A DNA stretch of 64,000 bases from an uncultured Gammaproteobacteria bacterium (GTDB lineage: Bacteria; Patescibacteriota; Microgenomatia; UBA10105; UBA927). The translations under genes were made by a program, and so were the position numbers. Positions 20,023-30,391 of the stretch are shown in pieces (within the stretch, counting starts at the first letter, position 1; every line of letters begins with the position of its first letter). The notes under the pieces were generated by a model. That model was given only the letters and a program-made list of their open reading frames with translations. It did not search any database and had not been told where the DNA came from. The stretch is taken from contig CAYUZE010000002.1 in NCBI GenBank assembly GCA_964449585.1, forward strand, positions 52,833 to 116,832, in the 5' to 3' direction.

Positions 20023-20655
20023 ATGCATCGGCTCAAAATCTTTTCGCTTACCGTCGGTCAAATGGCTACCAATTGTTATATTCTCGCCGATCGTGATACG
20101 GGCGAGGGGATCGTCGTGGATCCGGGGGATGATGCCGAGTACATAAGCGACACGTTGCTTCGTGAGAAAATTACGCCGTCTCTTGTGGTTGCAACCCACG
20201 GTCACTTTGACCACATCATGGGTGCGTTTGCCGTGACGGCGGGGTTTGGTATTCCGTTTGCAATCCATAAAAACGATGAATTTCTGGTTGCCAGAATGCC
20301 GCAGACTGCGAGACATTTTTTGGGTGTTGCATCCGATCCTGCCCCTTTGGTGAGTCGGTATCTTACGGAAGGAGACATCCTGCACGTCGGTACCCACGAG
20401 CTGACGGTCATGGAAACGCCGGGACATACCCCGGGAAGCATATGCCTCCATGACAAGGCGGAAAATACCCTCTTTTGCGGGGATTTACTTTTTTCGGGCG
20501 GCGGGGTGGGACGGACGGATCATGAGTATGCGAGCAGGACCGAGCTTGTCAGGTCAATTGCGCGGGTGATGAAACTCCCCGGGCGCACCATGCTGTATTG
20601 CGGACACGGGGAAATGACGACGATTGGCGCCGAATCATCCTTTCACGTACAATAG
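20023..20655 (+). CDS. Metallo-beta-lactamase-fold hydrolase (glyoxalase II-like)
   Basis: THGHFDH, TPGHTPGS, GD, GHG. Confidence 0.9.
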   Translation: MHRLKIFSLTVGQMATNCYILADRDTGEGIVVDPGDDAEYISDTLLREKITPSLVVATHGHFDHIMGAFAVTAGFGIPFAIHKNDEFLVARMPQTARHFLGVASDPAPLVSRYLTEGDILHVGTHELTVMETPGHTPGSICLHDKAENTLFCGDLLFSGGGVGRTDHEYASRTELVRSIARVMKLPGRTMLYCGHGEMTTIGAESSFHVQ

Positions 20656-20659
20656 CGAT

Positions 20660-21673
20660 ATGAAACTCCTCATGCGTATTGTCGAAGATCGCGCCACGTG
20701 GGAATGGTTTATCCTCCGACACAGTCCTCAGGCGCTTTTTCAGAGCTGGTTATGGGGTGAAGTACAAAAAAACGCCCACATTGCCGTGTCGCGATACGGA
20801 TTTTACCGGGGTGACAAACTTGTGGGTGTCGCGCAAGCCGTGCTCGTCAACGCAAAACGGGGAAAGTTCTTGCATGTGCGACACGGTCCGGTTTTTGAAA
20901 AACAGGACATTGCTACGTGGAAAGCATCCCTTGCACTGCTGACCCGAGAAGCAAAAAAGTTAGGATGCGTCTTCATACGGATCAGTCCCTTACTGCCGAA
21001 TTCCCCCGAAACCGCATCACTGTTTTCCCGCCTGCGCACGATACCCGCCGCCATGCATCGGATGGACGGGGAGTATTGCTGGGTATTGGATCTTGATAAA
21101 TCGGAAGAAGAGTTGCTTTCCGGTATGCGAAAAACGGTACGTTATGAAGTGCGTCGCGGGCAAAAGGAAGGGGTGGAAGTCTTTACGACCACGGACGGCA
21201 AATATCTTCATGAATTTTTTTCGCTCTATGAAGCGACAAGCAACCGCCACGGATTTGTCCCGCATGTGGGCATACGGGAAGAATTTGCGCTGTTTGCGAA
21301 AGCAAAACAGGCCTTGCTGTATTTAGGCAAATACGAAAGCAAAACGACGGCGTCGGCGATTATCCTGTATTACGGCAATCAGGCGATATATCACCATGGC
21401 GCATCGGTACAGTCGAAAGTACCCGCGTCGCCTCTTCTGCAGTGGGAAGCAATCAAAGATGCCAAAAAAAGAGGAATGAAAGTGTACAATTTTTGGGGTA
21501 TAGCACCGGAAAACAGCCCAAATCATCCATGGCGAGGAATAACATTGTTCAAAAAGGGGTTCGGGGGCAGGGTGGTCGAATATTCGCATGCGCAGGATAT
21601 TCCGTTGTCTCCCTTGTACATTATTCCGCGAACCGTTGAAACGATCAGGCGTCTTATGAAAGGGTACGATTAG
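20660..21673 (+). CDS. FemABX-family peptidoglycan bridge aminoacyltransferase
   Basis: FQSWLWG, LDLDKSEEELL..MRK..RY..R, LQWEAI, YNFWG, FKKGFGG. Confidence 0.88.
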   Translation: MKLLMRIVEDRATWEWFILRHSPQALFQSWLWGEVQKNAHIAVSRYGFYRGDKLVGVAQAVLVNAKRGKFLHVRHGPVFEKQDIATWKASLALLTREAKKLGCVFIRISPLLPNSPETASLFSRLRTIPAAMHRMDGEYCWVLDLDKSEEELLSGMRKTVRYEVRRGQKEGVEVFTTTDGKYLHEFFSLYEATSNRHGFVPHVGIREEFALFAKAKQALLYLGKYESKTTASAIILYYGNQAIYHHGASVQSKVPASPLLQWEAIKDAKKRGMKVYNFWGIAPENSPNHPWRGITLFKKGFGGRVVEYSHAQDIPLSPLYIIPRTVETIRRLMKGYD

Positions 21674-21734
21674 GCGACTATGCCGTTTCGTTGAGTTTTA
21701 CCGGGCTACCACCTATACTTAGGAGCATAGGGAT

Positions 21735-22109
21735 ATGAAAAAGATATTGATGCAACACCATATCTCATTTAAAAACGCGTTTTCCGGCCTTTGGTGGGCA
21801 ATCACCACCCAGCCGAATTTTCGCGTACATATCGCGCTTTCAATTCTCGCGCTTTTTCTGTGCACCTACCTTAGGGTCAGTCCCGTCGAAGGAGCGATCA
21901 TCGCATTTACCATCGTATTGGGACTTTCCGCAGAGATGATCAATACCGCACTTGAATCAATGACCGACCTTATCACCACCGAGTGGCGCAAAGAGGCCAA
22001 AATCGCCAAAGATGTCGCCGCAGGTATGATGTTGACCGTAGCATTCGGTGCGGTACTGGTGGCGGTACTGATATTGGGACCCAAATTAGTTGCCCTTTTC
22101 GGGTATTAA
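21735..22109 (+). CDS. dgkA: Diacylglycerol/undecaprenol kinase
   Basis: SFKNAFSG, NFRVH, EMINTALE, AKDVAAG. Confidence 0.88.
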   Translation: MKKILMQHHISFKNAFSGLWWAITTQPNFRVHIALSILALFLCTYLRVSPVEGAIIAFTIVLGLSAEMINTALESMTDLITTEWRKEAKIAKDVAAGMMLTVAFGAVLVAVLILGPKLVALFGY

Positions 22110-22112
22110 CCT

Positions 22113-23147
22113 ATGCAATTACTTCTCGGCGTCGTCTTATTTTCGTGGCTTATCCACAGTGTATTGTTTATCCCGTTTATCAAACTTCTGTATCATTTGA
22201 AGCTTCGCAGACTCGATCAGGTCACCCGCGACATGTTCAATAAACGAACCCCGCTTTTTGACAAATTCCACCATCACAAGGCAGGCACTCCCGTCGGAGG
22301 AGGACTTCTGATTATCGCGCTCACGACCCTGCTTTTGCCGGTGTTGCTGGTCCTCATGTACTATTTCTGGATACCGATTACGTCGGTGTATCCGTTGGCA
22401 AGTGAGGTAAAGATTCTGTTATTCACCTTTATCTCGTTCGGGTTGTTGGGTCTTTTGGATGATACGAAAAAAACATTCGGTTGGGTAAAGAACGGATTTT
22501 TCGGTCTGAGACTCCGGCATAAGCTATACCTTGAAATATTGCTTGCGGGTATCATCGGATTTTGGTTGGTACACGATTTGAAGATCGGCATCGTCCATCT
22601 GCCGCTTCTGGGGGTGTTTCATCTCGGATGGTGGTACATACCGTTTGCCGTATTTGTGATTATCGCATTCGCCAATGCGTTTAATATCACCGACGGACTG
22701 GACGGACTGTCCGCGGGAGTACTGGTGATTGCGCTTTTTGCATTTTGGTTTTTATCGGCGGCTATCTTGGACACCGTGCTTTCCCTGTTTTTGGCGTTGT
22801 GGATCGGCGGAATGTTGGCGTTTTTGTACTTTAACGTCTTGCCCTCCCGTATATTCATGGGAGATGTCGGTTCGCTTTCGTTCGGTGCCACCTTTGCCGT
22901 GGTCGGACTGATTCTCGGGAAAACCCCGGCACTGGTCGTCATCGGAGGGATATTCGTTCTTGAGGTCGCATCCTCGCTCGTCCAACTTGTGGCAAAATCA
23001 ATCACGGGCAAAAAGCTTTTTGCCGCCGCCCCCTTGCACTTGTGGTTGCAGGTGAAAGGTTGGCCTGAGTCAAAAATCGTCATGCGGTTTTGGATACTTG
23101 CTATTGTCTTGGCACTCTTTGGTTTATGGCTTGCGCTTCTGAGTTAA
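22113..23147 (+). CDS. mraY: Phospho-MurNAc-pentapeptide transferase
   Basis: KAGTPVGGG, GLLDD, NITDGLDGL, IFMGDVGS. Confidence 0.93.
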   Translation: MQLLLGVVLFSWLIHSVLFIPFIKLLYHLKLRRLDQVTRDMFNKRTPLFDKFHHHKAGTPVGGGLLIIALTTLLLPVLLVLMYYFWIPITSVYPLASEVKILLFTFISFGLLGLLDDTKKTFGWVKNGFFGLRLRHKLYLEILLAGIIGFWLVHDLKIGIVHLPLLGVFHLGWWYIPFAVFVIIAFANAFNITDGLDGLSAGVLVIALFAFWFLSAAILDTVLSLFLALWIGGMLAFLYFNVLPSRIFMGDVGSLSFGATFAVVGLILGKTPALVVIGGIFVLEVASSLVQLVAKSITGKKLFAAAPLHLWLQVKGWPESKIVMRFWILAIVLALFGLWLALLS

Positions 23148-23159
23148 GATCCCGGCACC

Positions 23160-24302
23160 ATGAAGATTTTTGCATCACTTGCGCACAAAGCAGATAGGCA
23201 GAGTGCGGTACGACATATAAAAAATTCGGAAGGCCGGGGGGACCGGTGGCTCCTCCTTACGACGGTCGTGTTATCCATCATCGGCATCATCATGGTGTAC
23301 GATTCTTCGGTGGCCATCGCGTTTAGGGATTTTTCCAATCCGTATCATTTTGTCCGCGATCAGGTGAAATGGTTGCTGTTGGGATTTACGGGATTTACGA
23401 TTCTTTCCCGTATTCCGTACGGTATTTGGAAACGGTTTGCGGTTCCGGGAATCGTCGTAACGCTCATCCTGCTTATTGCCGTATTTATCCCCGGCCTCGG
23501 CGTACGCGCGCTTGGTGCGCATCGGTGGATTGATTTCGGATTTTTTGTCCTTCAGCCCGCGGAATTTGCCAAGCTGGCCATGGTGCTATATCTTTCGGCG
23601 TGGTTTGCCACCAAAGAGCACGGGAGATTATTGGCATTCCTTCTGTTGCTCGGCATGGTATCGGGTCTCGTCATTATCGAGCCGGATTTGGGAACCGCGA
23701 TAACGATTATCGTTACCTCGATCGCACTCTACTTTCTTTCCGGTGCTCCCGTAGGGCATTTTATCGGGCTTATTCCCGTGCTTATTGTCGGTATCGCTGG
23801 ACTCGCCGTCGTACAGCCGTATAGACTCCGCCGGGTCACGACGTTCCTCAATCCCGAATCGGATCCGTTGGGGGCGTCATATCAAATCCGCCAGGCGCTT
23901 ATCGCGTTGGGATCGGGGGGATTTTTCGGGGTGGGTTTAGGGAAGTCACGGCAGAAATACGAATACTTGCCCGAGGCGAACACGGATTCCATTTTTGCCA
24001 TCCTCGGAGAAGAAGTGGGGTTTTTCGGGGCGGTTATCGTCATTGCACTGTTCGTATTTCTTGTCTGGCGATGCTTTAAAATCGCCAAACGGGTGAACGA
24101 TCCGTTCGGCAAATTATTTACGTTGGGAGTGGGTTCGTGGATCGGTGCACAGGCGCTCGTCAACACGGGTTCGATGGTAGCGTTACTTCCGCTTACCGGC
24201 GTGCCGTTGCCGCTTATTTCCTACGGAGGGTCGGGGCTGGTCGTAACCTTGGCGGCGCTTGGTATTGTCTATAATATAAGTAAGTCAGGAAACAAACTAT
24301 GA
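23160..24302 (+). CDS. ftsW: SEDS glycosyltransferase FtsW
   Basis: GAHRWI, QPAEFAK, EPDLG, LPEANTD, TGVPLPLISYGGS. Confidence 0.93.
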   Translation: MKIFASLAHKADRQSAVRHIKNSEGRGDRWLLLTTVVLSIIGIIMVYDSSVAIAFRDFSNPYHFVRDQVKWLLLGFTGFTILSRIPYGIWKRFAVPGIVVTLILLIAVFIPGLGVRALGAHRWIDFGFFVLQPAEFAKLAMVLYLSAWFATKEHGRLLAFLLLLGMVSGLVIIEPDLGTAITIIVTSIALYFLSGAPVGHFIGLIPVLIVGIAGLAVVQPYRLRRVTTFLNPESDPLGASYQIRQALIALGSGGFFGVGLGKSRQKYEYLPEANTDSIFAILGEEVGFFGAVIVIALFVFLVWRCFKIAKRVNDPFGKLFTLGVGSWIGAQALVNTGSMVALLPLTGVPLPLISYGGSGLVVTLAALGIVYNISKSGNKL

Positions 24303-25423
24303 ACCACCCGATAACGCTCGTCATTACAGGCGGTCATGTGACTCCCGCCATCGCTACCATAGAGGCGATACGACAATCGCATCCGAATTGGCGTCTCATA
24401 TTTGTCGGGAGAAAGTATTCGTTGGAAGGAACGAAAGTCCTTTCGGAGGAATACCGCCTTATTCACGATCTCGGGGTGTCGTTTGTGCCGATTACCGCGG
24501 GCAGATTGAAACGAGATTTGGGGATAGGAATGTTTTTATCCCTGTTCAAGGTTCCCGTCGGTTTTGCGCAGGCGTTTATCATGCTTCTTCGGAAGCGTCC
24601 GGACGGCATATTGTCTTTCGGCGGGTATGTGGCGCTTCCCGTTGCTTTGTGTGCGAAACTTTTGGGTATTCCCGTTATCACGCACGAACAAACCACTCGT
24701 CCGGGCTTAGCCAACCGTATTATCGCCCGTATCGCAACACGCGTATGTGTGAGTTTTGCGGATACGACGGCCATGCTCCCGAAAACAAGCCGCGTGGAAG
24801 TGACCGGACTGCCCATACGGAGTGCGGTACTCACGCCTCCCAAAGCATCACCTTTTGCCGTTGATTCCGATACCCCCGTGTTATTTGTCGTGGGCGGAAG
24901 CACGGGTTCGGTAAGTATCAATACCGCCGTTTTCGCGGCACTCGAAAAACTCCTTAGCCGTTACACGGTCTTGCATCAGGTGGGGAGGCTTTCCGTGGAA
25001 GCGGGGGACAAAGCGGCAAGAGCACTGCCGCAAAGTCTCCGAAAGCGATATATCCACAAGGCATTTTTCACCGCCGAAGAATACAGTTGGGCATTGCACC
25101 ATAGTGCGCTTATCGTCGGAAGATCCGGCGCAAATACGGTGTCGGAATTGGCGCTGGTCGGCGCCGTTGCCGTACTGATACCTCTGCCGTGGTCTGCCGG
25201 TAACGAGCAATTCCATAATGCAAAAGTACTCGAAAAAGCAGGATCAATAATTCTTGAACAGCGACAGCTTACCGCGGCGTCCTTAATTGCCGCAATCGAT
25301 GCAATCACGGCAACCATGACACAGCGCAAGGAACAAGCGAAAGCGCTTGCCGCCACGGCACCGCACGACGGGGCGATACGACTCATGAAAACGGTTTCGG
25401 AAGTATTGACACCCCGACGATAA
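24299..25423 (+). CDS. murG: Lipid II GlcNAc transferase MurG
   Basis: GGHVTPA, FGGYVA, HEQ, GLAN, GGSTG, RSGANT. Confidence 0.93.
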   Translation: MNHPITLVITGGHVTPAIATIEAIRQSHPNWRLIFVGRKYSLEGTKVLSEEYRLIHDLGVSFVPITAGRLKRDLGIGMFLSLFKVPVGFAQAFIMLLRKRPDGILSFGGYVALPVALCAKLLGIPVITHEQTTRPGLANRIIARIATRVCVSFADTTAMLPKTSRVEVTGLPIRSAVLTPPKASPFAVDSDTPVLFVVGGSTGSVSINTAVFAALEKLLSRYTVLHQVGRLSVEAGDKAARALPQSLRKRYIHKAFFTAEEYSWALHHSALIVGRSGANTVSELALVGAVAVLIPLPWSAGNEQFHNAKVLEKAGSIILEQRQLTAASLIAAIDAITATMTQRKEQAKALAATAPHDGAIRLMKTVSEVLTPRR

Positions 25424-25432
25424 CTAAAGACC

Positions 25433-26137
25433 ATGGCATCCCGGCTCACGACGTACACCCTAAAAAGAACGGTACGCTTCATCGGCGGAGTGGCGGCGCT
25501 GTTGATCGGGACATTTATCCTTGCCATGTTTCTTGTTCGGGCATTCACCATCCGCGATATTATCGTGGATGCGCCCGGAATGACGATAGAACTGGATCGG
25601 GAAAAGTTCGGCAAGAATCTGCTGTTTCTGCCCGTTTCCACATTCCGTAAAGAATTGCTTTCCACGTACCCCCTGCTCAAAGACGTATCGTTTGAACGGA
25701 AATTTCCGGGAACGCTCGTGGTGCATCTTATGAAACGACCCACTTTCGTACTGATCGAATCCGCCGGAAATATTTATGAACTGGATGAGTACGGACTGAT
25801 TTTGGGTTCGGTAGGAAGGAAAGATACGCATCCGTTACTTGTGTTTGATGTCGGCATTCTCTCAACCGGAGGAAGAGTCACGGATGATCGGGTGGAAGCG
25901 GCGCTGTCGTTTCTGCGGCAGATGAAGGGGAATGCCGATATTTCGGTTATCGCTCCCCGAGATACGCAGTCATTATTTGCCAAACTCGGCAATACAAACA
26001 TATTTCTTCCTCAAACAGGCGACTTAAGCGCGAAAGCAGATACTTTACAAATAATTGTAGAGGGGTTTAGAATGAAAGGAACACTGCCCACGGTGATAGA
26101 TTTGCGGTTTGAAAAACCGGTCATCACCAATTACTAG
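25433..26137 (+). CDS. ftsQ: FtsQ/DivIB-like protein
   Basis: TM plus POTRA (FPGTLVV), C-terminal IDLRF; position before ftsA. Confidence 0.75.
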   Translation: MASRLTTYTLKRTVRFIGGVAALLIGTFILAMFLVRAFTIRDIIVDAPGMTIELDREKFGKNLLFLPVSTFRKELLSTYPLLKDVSFERKFPGTLVVHLMKRPTFVLIESAGNIYELDEYGLILGSVGRKDTHPLLVFDVGILSTGGRVTDDRVEAALSFLRQMKGNADISVIAPRDTQSLFAKLGNTNIFLPQTGDLSAKADTLQIIVEGFRMKGTLPTVIDLRFEKPVITNY

Positions 26138-26153
26138 TTTTCATACCACTTTT

Positions 26154-27452
26154 ATGGCACGCGATCGCATCCTCTCTGCAATAGACATCGGTTCCTCAAA
26201 AATAGTCACGCTTATCGCCGCAATCACCGATGAAGGAGAAGCCCGCATTATCGGCGTGTCGGTGTCACCCAGTCGGGGACTCCGAAAAAGCCAGGTAGTC
26301 AACATCGAAGAAGCGACAGAGGCGATTTCCGCCTCTTTGGAAGCCGCCGAACGCATGGCGGGAGCATCCGTCGCCCAGGCGTTTGTGAGTATCGGAGGAG
26401 CGCATGTGGCATCGCTCAATTCGCACGGCGTGGTTGCCGTTGCCGAGCCGGAAAAAGAAATCACCGCCTTTGACGTAAAGCGTGTCATTGATGCCGCCAA
26501 AGCGGTACAGTTGCCGACGTCTCGAGAGATTCTCCATGTCCTTCCCCGCGGGTATATCGTGGACGGTCAGGAAGGGATAGTTGATCCCATCGGGATGGGA
26601 GGAGTGCGGCTCGAAGTGGAAACCCATCTTGTTACGGGAGGAGCAACCGCAATCCGTAATCTGCATAAATGCGTGTCTGAGTTAGGTGTGGAAGTTGCGG
26701 GCATTGCGTTCGGCGGTCTTGCCGCCGCGGCCGCAACGCTTTCCGATACGGAAAAGGAATTGGGAGTTGTGTTAGTCGATATCGGTGGAGGAACGACGGA
26801 TGTGGCGATTTTCGTGGAAGGCGCGCTTTCGTATTCATCGGTTATTCCTGTCGGTGCGATAAACATCACCAAGGATCTTGCCGCGGGACTTCGGGTGTCA
26901 CTTGAAAGTGCCGAGAAGATCAAGCTTCGCTTGGGTGAATTGCCCAAAACACCCGTCCTGAGTGAAGACGAGAAACCGAAAAGCAAGACTGAAAAAGATG
27001 ATGAGATTGACGTTTCCGATTTGGGGCTTCCCGAGGGCATGCGATCGATTTCGAAGAAAACGTTGATCGAAGGTATTATCAAGCCGAGGCTCAACGAAAT
27101 ATTCACGATGGTAGGACTTGAAATAAAGCGTAGCGGATTCGGCGGGATGACGCCTTCGGGTGTCGTGATCACGGGCGGCGGTGCGCTGACCGTCGGTGCC
27201 GTCGAAGCGGCCCGAAGAAACCTTGCGATGCCCGTACACATCGGTATTCCGCAAAAAATAACGGGACTTATCGATGAAATCATGACTCCTTCCTATGCCG
27301 CGGGAGTCGGACTGCTGTTGTGGGGGAACTCGACGGGTAAATCCGAGTCATCAGGATCATTGCTTTCCGGTTTCGGAAAAATCGGAAGTGCCATACAAGT
27401 AAAGGGACTTGCTGGAAAGGTCATTGATCTGGTAAAGTCGTTCTTGCCCTAA
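26154..27452 (+). CDS. ftsA: Cell division protein FtsA
   Basis: AIDIGSSK, VDIGGGTTD, VITGGGA, C-terminal amphipathic helix. Confidence 0.95.
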   Translation: MARDRILSAIDIGSSKIVTLIAAITDEGEARIIGVSVSPSRGLRKSQVVNIEEATEAISASLEAAERMAGASVAQAFVSIGGAHVASLNSHGVVAVAEPEKEITAFDVKRVIDAAKAVQLPTSREILHVLPRGYIVDGQEGIVDPIGMGGVRLEVETHLVTGGATAIRNLHKCVSELGVEVAGIAFGGLAAAAATLSDTEKELGVVLVDIGGGTTDVAIFVEGALSYSSVIPVGAINITKDLAAGLRVSLESAEKIKLRLGELPKTPVLSEDEKPKSKTEKDDEIDVSDLGLPEGMRSISKKTLIEGIIKPRLNEIFTMVGLEIKRSGFGGMTPSGVVITGGGALTVGAVEAARRNLAMPVHIGIPQKITGLIDEIMTPSYAAGVGLLLWGNSTGKSESSGSLLSGFGKIGSAIQVKGLAGKVIDLVKSFLP

Positions 27453-27514
27453 ATTGTTAACCCCGTGAGACTGCCCCTGACGGAATAATCTACTATCATA
27501 GTATTTATATACCT

Positions 27515-28696
27515 ATGCTTATAAAACCGGATATCGCGAGGTTTGCCAAAATTAAAGTCGTCGGCATCGGCGGCGGCGGGAGTAATGCCGTCAACTCCAT
27601 GATCCTCAATAACCAGATCAACGGTGTGGATTTTATTTCCGTCAACACCGATGCACAGGCGCTGTTACTTTCACAGGCCCAAAGCAAAATCCAAATCGGC
27701 GACAACCTGACCCGTGGTTTGGGTGCAGGCGGCAACCCCGATATCGGCAGACAGGCGGCGGAGGAATCACGGGAAAAGATTGCCGAACATCTCCGCGACA
27801 GCGACATGGTCTTTTTGACCTGCGGTGAAGGGGGCGGAACGGGAACGGGAGCTACTCCCGTGTTTGCCGAAATAGCCAAAGAAGTCGGCGCCCTTACCGT
27901 TGCCGTGGTCACCAAGCCCTTTCACTTCGAAGGCACCCGACGCATGGTATCTGCGGAAGAGGGGATCGCAAATCTTAAGGACAAAGTGGATACGCTTATC
28001 GTCATCCCGAACCAACGGCTCCTTGAAGTGATCGACAAGAAAATGACATTGGTCGAAGCCTTCCGCGTCACGGATTCCGTGTTGGGTCAGGGCGTGCAGG
28101 GTATTTCCGACCTTATCACCATGCCGGGTCTTATCAATGTGGACTTTGCTGACGTTCGCGCCATCATGACCAATGCAGGAAGTGCCCTTATGGGAATCGG
28201 CACGGGAGTAGGTGAAAATCGTGCGGCAACCGCGGCACGTACCGCGATTGCCTCGCCGCTCCTTGAAACGACCATTGAAGGAGCCAAGGGAGTGTTATTT
28301 AACATCATCGGCGGCAACGACCTCACGATGGCAGAAGTGGACGAAGCGGCAAAGCTTATTTCATCTGCTGTTGATCCCGATGCCAACATCATTTTCGGCG
28401 CCATCATTGATGAAAAATTGGTCGACCAAATCAAGATTACCGTCGTTGCCACGGGGTTTGACGAAACAAAGAAGCGCCTGCGTGAATTAAGCAGTAAGCC
28501 CGCCATGGATCCGCGGTACGGCGGAAGTTTCAGCAGACAATCTCCGACCTTCGGTAAGCCGACGGCGCAACCCGTCGCTCCTATGGAGCAACCCATGAAA
28601 CAACAGCCGCCCGTGAGTTTTGCTCCGCAAACTGATGACGCGCCTCCCGAAGAGGACGAATTCGACATCCCCGCATTTCTGCGCCAGAGGAGTTAA
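27515..28696 (+). CDS. ftsZ: Cell division protein FtsZ
   Basis: [28 protein letters not shown]. Confidence 0.98.
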   Translation: MLIKPDIARFAKIKVVGIGGGGSNAVNSMILNNQINGVDFISVNTDAQALLLSQAQSKIQIGDNLTRGLGAGGNPDIGRQAAEESREKIAEHLRDSDMVFLTCGEGGGTGTGATPVFAEIAKEVGALTVAVVTKPFHFEGTRRMVSAEEGIANLKDKVDTLIVIPNQRLLEVIDKKMTLVEAFRVTDSVLGQGVQGISDLITMPGLINVDFADVRAIMTNAGSALMGIGTGVGENRAATAARTAIASPLLETTIEGAKGVLFNIIGGNDLTMAEVDEAAKLISSAVDPDANIIFGAIIDEKLVDQIKITVVATGFDETKKRLRELSSKPAMDPRYGGSFSRQSPTFGKPTAQPVAPMEQPMKQQPPVSFAPQTDDAPPEEDEFDIPAFLRQRS

Positions 28697-28704
28697 CGAT
28701 AAAT

Positions 28705-29478
28705 TCACTTTTCGTTTGATATTGGAAGCTTTGGATTTGCCCAGGTAATCAAGTTCTTTGCGTTTGCCGCGCCGAGTATCCATTCAAATGCATCGTTTTT
28801 CAGGGTAACTTGTTTGCCGCGTATAGGGACGGTTTCTCCCATTTTTCCGATTTGAACAAATTGTCCGCCATGTTGCGATTGCAATGCCTCAAGGAGCGGT
28901 CCGTTTACGGAATTCACTTTAACCACGTGAGATATCCAATACGAAATTCTTTTTCTGTCCGGTTGTTCGCCCGGTGCCACGCGAGCCCGACAATCGATAA
29001 CTCCGGCGACAAACTCCGGGTCTTGTACAAGTCCGCGGTACTCTTTCGGTTGTACGGGATCAACTGTTCGTCTCCCAACGACACCCTCTGCTATCGCCAC
29101 ACGGTCTTCGGTAAAATCGGCACGTAGCCAATCAAGAAATGCGGTGATGATAGTGCGTCTTGATAGGGCGTCAGGTGCTATTGAGTTGGCCATATATACC
29201 GCACGGTCACCTCGGACAATCGCATAACTTGTGGAGCGCGCCATTCGAACTTTGTCGGTGCTTCCCCATAGCGCACGAAGTCTGGTTATCCGATCCAGAT
29301 CATCGTCGCCGTAAGCGATTTCGGGTCGTGCCTGGGGAGTCTCATGCCCATTCTGATGATTATGCACGATAGTGAGCTTCATACTGCCCCCGACTTCGAG
29401 AAAACCCGCAAGCCAGCGAGGGTGTGAGAAGCGAGGCATCTGCTCTGGCGAGATGGTGGGTTTTCTTTTTTCTGCCAT
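28705..29478 (-). CDS. Divergent two-domain LAGLIDADG-like protein
   Basis: WLAGFLEVGGS and FVAGVIDCRAR helices, each followed by beta/helix segments (e.g. NSVNGPLLEALQSQHGG). Confidence 0.6.
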   Translation of the reverse strand: MAEKRKPTISPEQMPRFSHPRWLAGFLEVGGSMKLTIVHNHQNGHETPQARPEIAYGDDDLDRITRLRALWGSTDKVRMARSTSYAIVRGDRAVYMANSIAPDALSRRTIITAFLDWLRADFTEDRVAIAEGVVGRRTVDPVQPKEYRGLVQDPEFVAGVIDCRARVAPGEQPDRKRISYWISHVVKVNSVNGPLLEALQSQHGGQFVQIGKMGETVPIRGKQVTLKNDAFEWILGAANAKNLITWANPKLPISNEK

Positions 29479-29496
29479 AGGGTTACGTCGGCGGCA

Positions 29497-29525
29497 ATTA
29501 TAGAAGAAAAGTTAAGGAATTGCAA
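29497..29525 (-). promoter_or_regulatory. sigma70 promoter for the LAGLIDADG-like gene
   Basis: Minus strand TTGCAA (29525-29520), 17 bp, TATAAT (29502-29497). Confidence 0.7.
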
Positions 29526-29664
29526 ACTATAGGATATAATTGAGCCTGGTTATGTATGTCATGGGGAGGGTGACTGCAAATTTATGAGGTATTGCGAGGA
29601 ACCAGGGAGTGGCTTGGGACAAATGAAGCGTTTGTGTAATTTAATTACCTTTTAGAGAACATAA

Positions 29665-29880
29665 TCACTTCTTCGTACCAAAAAACCTTTCCTTAAAGAT
29701 CGCCTCGGTGAAATTATCGGCATCCTTATTAGACATTTCGTAAGTTTTGCTCTTTCCATCAGGGCCCTCTACTACCATTCTAGTTTTGCCATTAGGATCT
29801 GTAGGTAGTTTTTCTAGAATTAAAGTTATTATGACAATAATTAATGTAAATATAATAAACCCTATAAGTATTGGTGTCAT
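29665..29880 (-). CDS. Small single-TM hypothetical protein (AT-rich)
   Basis: Hydrophobic N-terminus and soluble tail. Confidence 0.5.
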   Translation of the reverse strand: MTPILIGFIIFTLIIVIITLILEKLPTDPNGKTRMVVEGPDGKSKTYEMSNKDADNFTEAIFKERFFGTKK

Positions 29881-29888
29881 ACTAATAA

Positions 29889-30104
29889 TTAGTATAGTTC
29901 ATAATAATATTTATTTACCAGTTTATAGAAATAGTCAGATTTAGTTTTTGATAAGGTTTTAGATTGACATTCAGCTTTGACCGGTTCAACGCATTGATTA
30001 TAGCAATACTGTTTATCCCATGAGTTTATTTTGTCTGAACATGTATTTGAACAATTACTTTGCATAACGCAATCAAATTCATTGGAGGAGCTCTGATCAA
30101 ACAA
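29889..30104 (-). pseudogene. Cys-rich fragment of a probable exported protein
   Basis: 6 Cys in 71 aa; TTG start only, and the upstream in-frame sequence reaches a stop with no ATG. Confidence 0.35.
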
Positions 30105-30292
30105 TGGATTTTGAGCAATGAGGATGAGCTTGGGTTTGATACGGTTGATCCTCGGTCAGATCGTGCATATCGAATAACGGTGGAGAAGATGTATCCGTCC
30201 CCTACATAGCAATCTTTTATTCCATATCCGCCAGGTCGGTTGTATGGTGCTTTACATACTATGACTATAAGATGTGATACGATACAAAAGAC

Positions 30293-30359
30293 ATGAAAAG
30301 TTACGTAGAAAAAGTACGTAGTGTTGTTTCGTGACACCCGCCGCGGAGGCGGGTTTTTT
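30293..30359 (+). promoter_or_regulatory. Putative leader peptide (MKSYVEKVRSVVS) plus terminator
   Basis: ATG 30293 to TGA 30334, then ACCCGCC-GCGGA-GGCGGGT-TTTTT. Confidence 0.45.
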
Positions 30360-30391
30360 GTGCAAATTGATAATGAAAGGAGGTGAACAAG

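Noticed and set aside
20023-20655. Beta-lactamase resistance gene
   Set aside because: HxHxDH glyoxalase-II-like motif and no signal peptide; generic MBL-fold hydrolase
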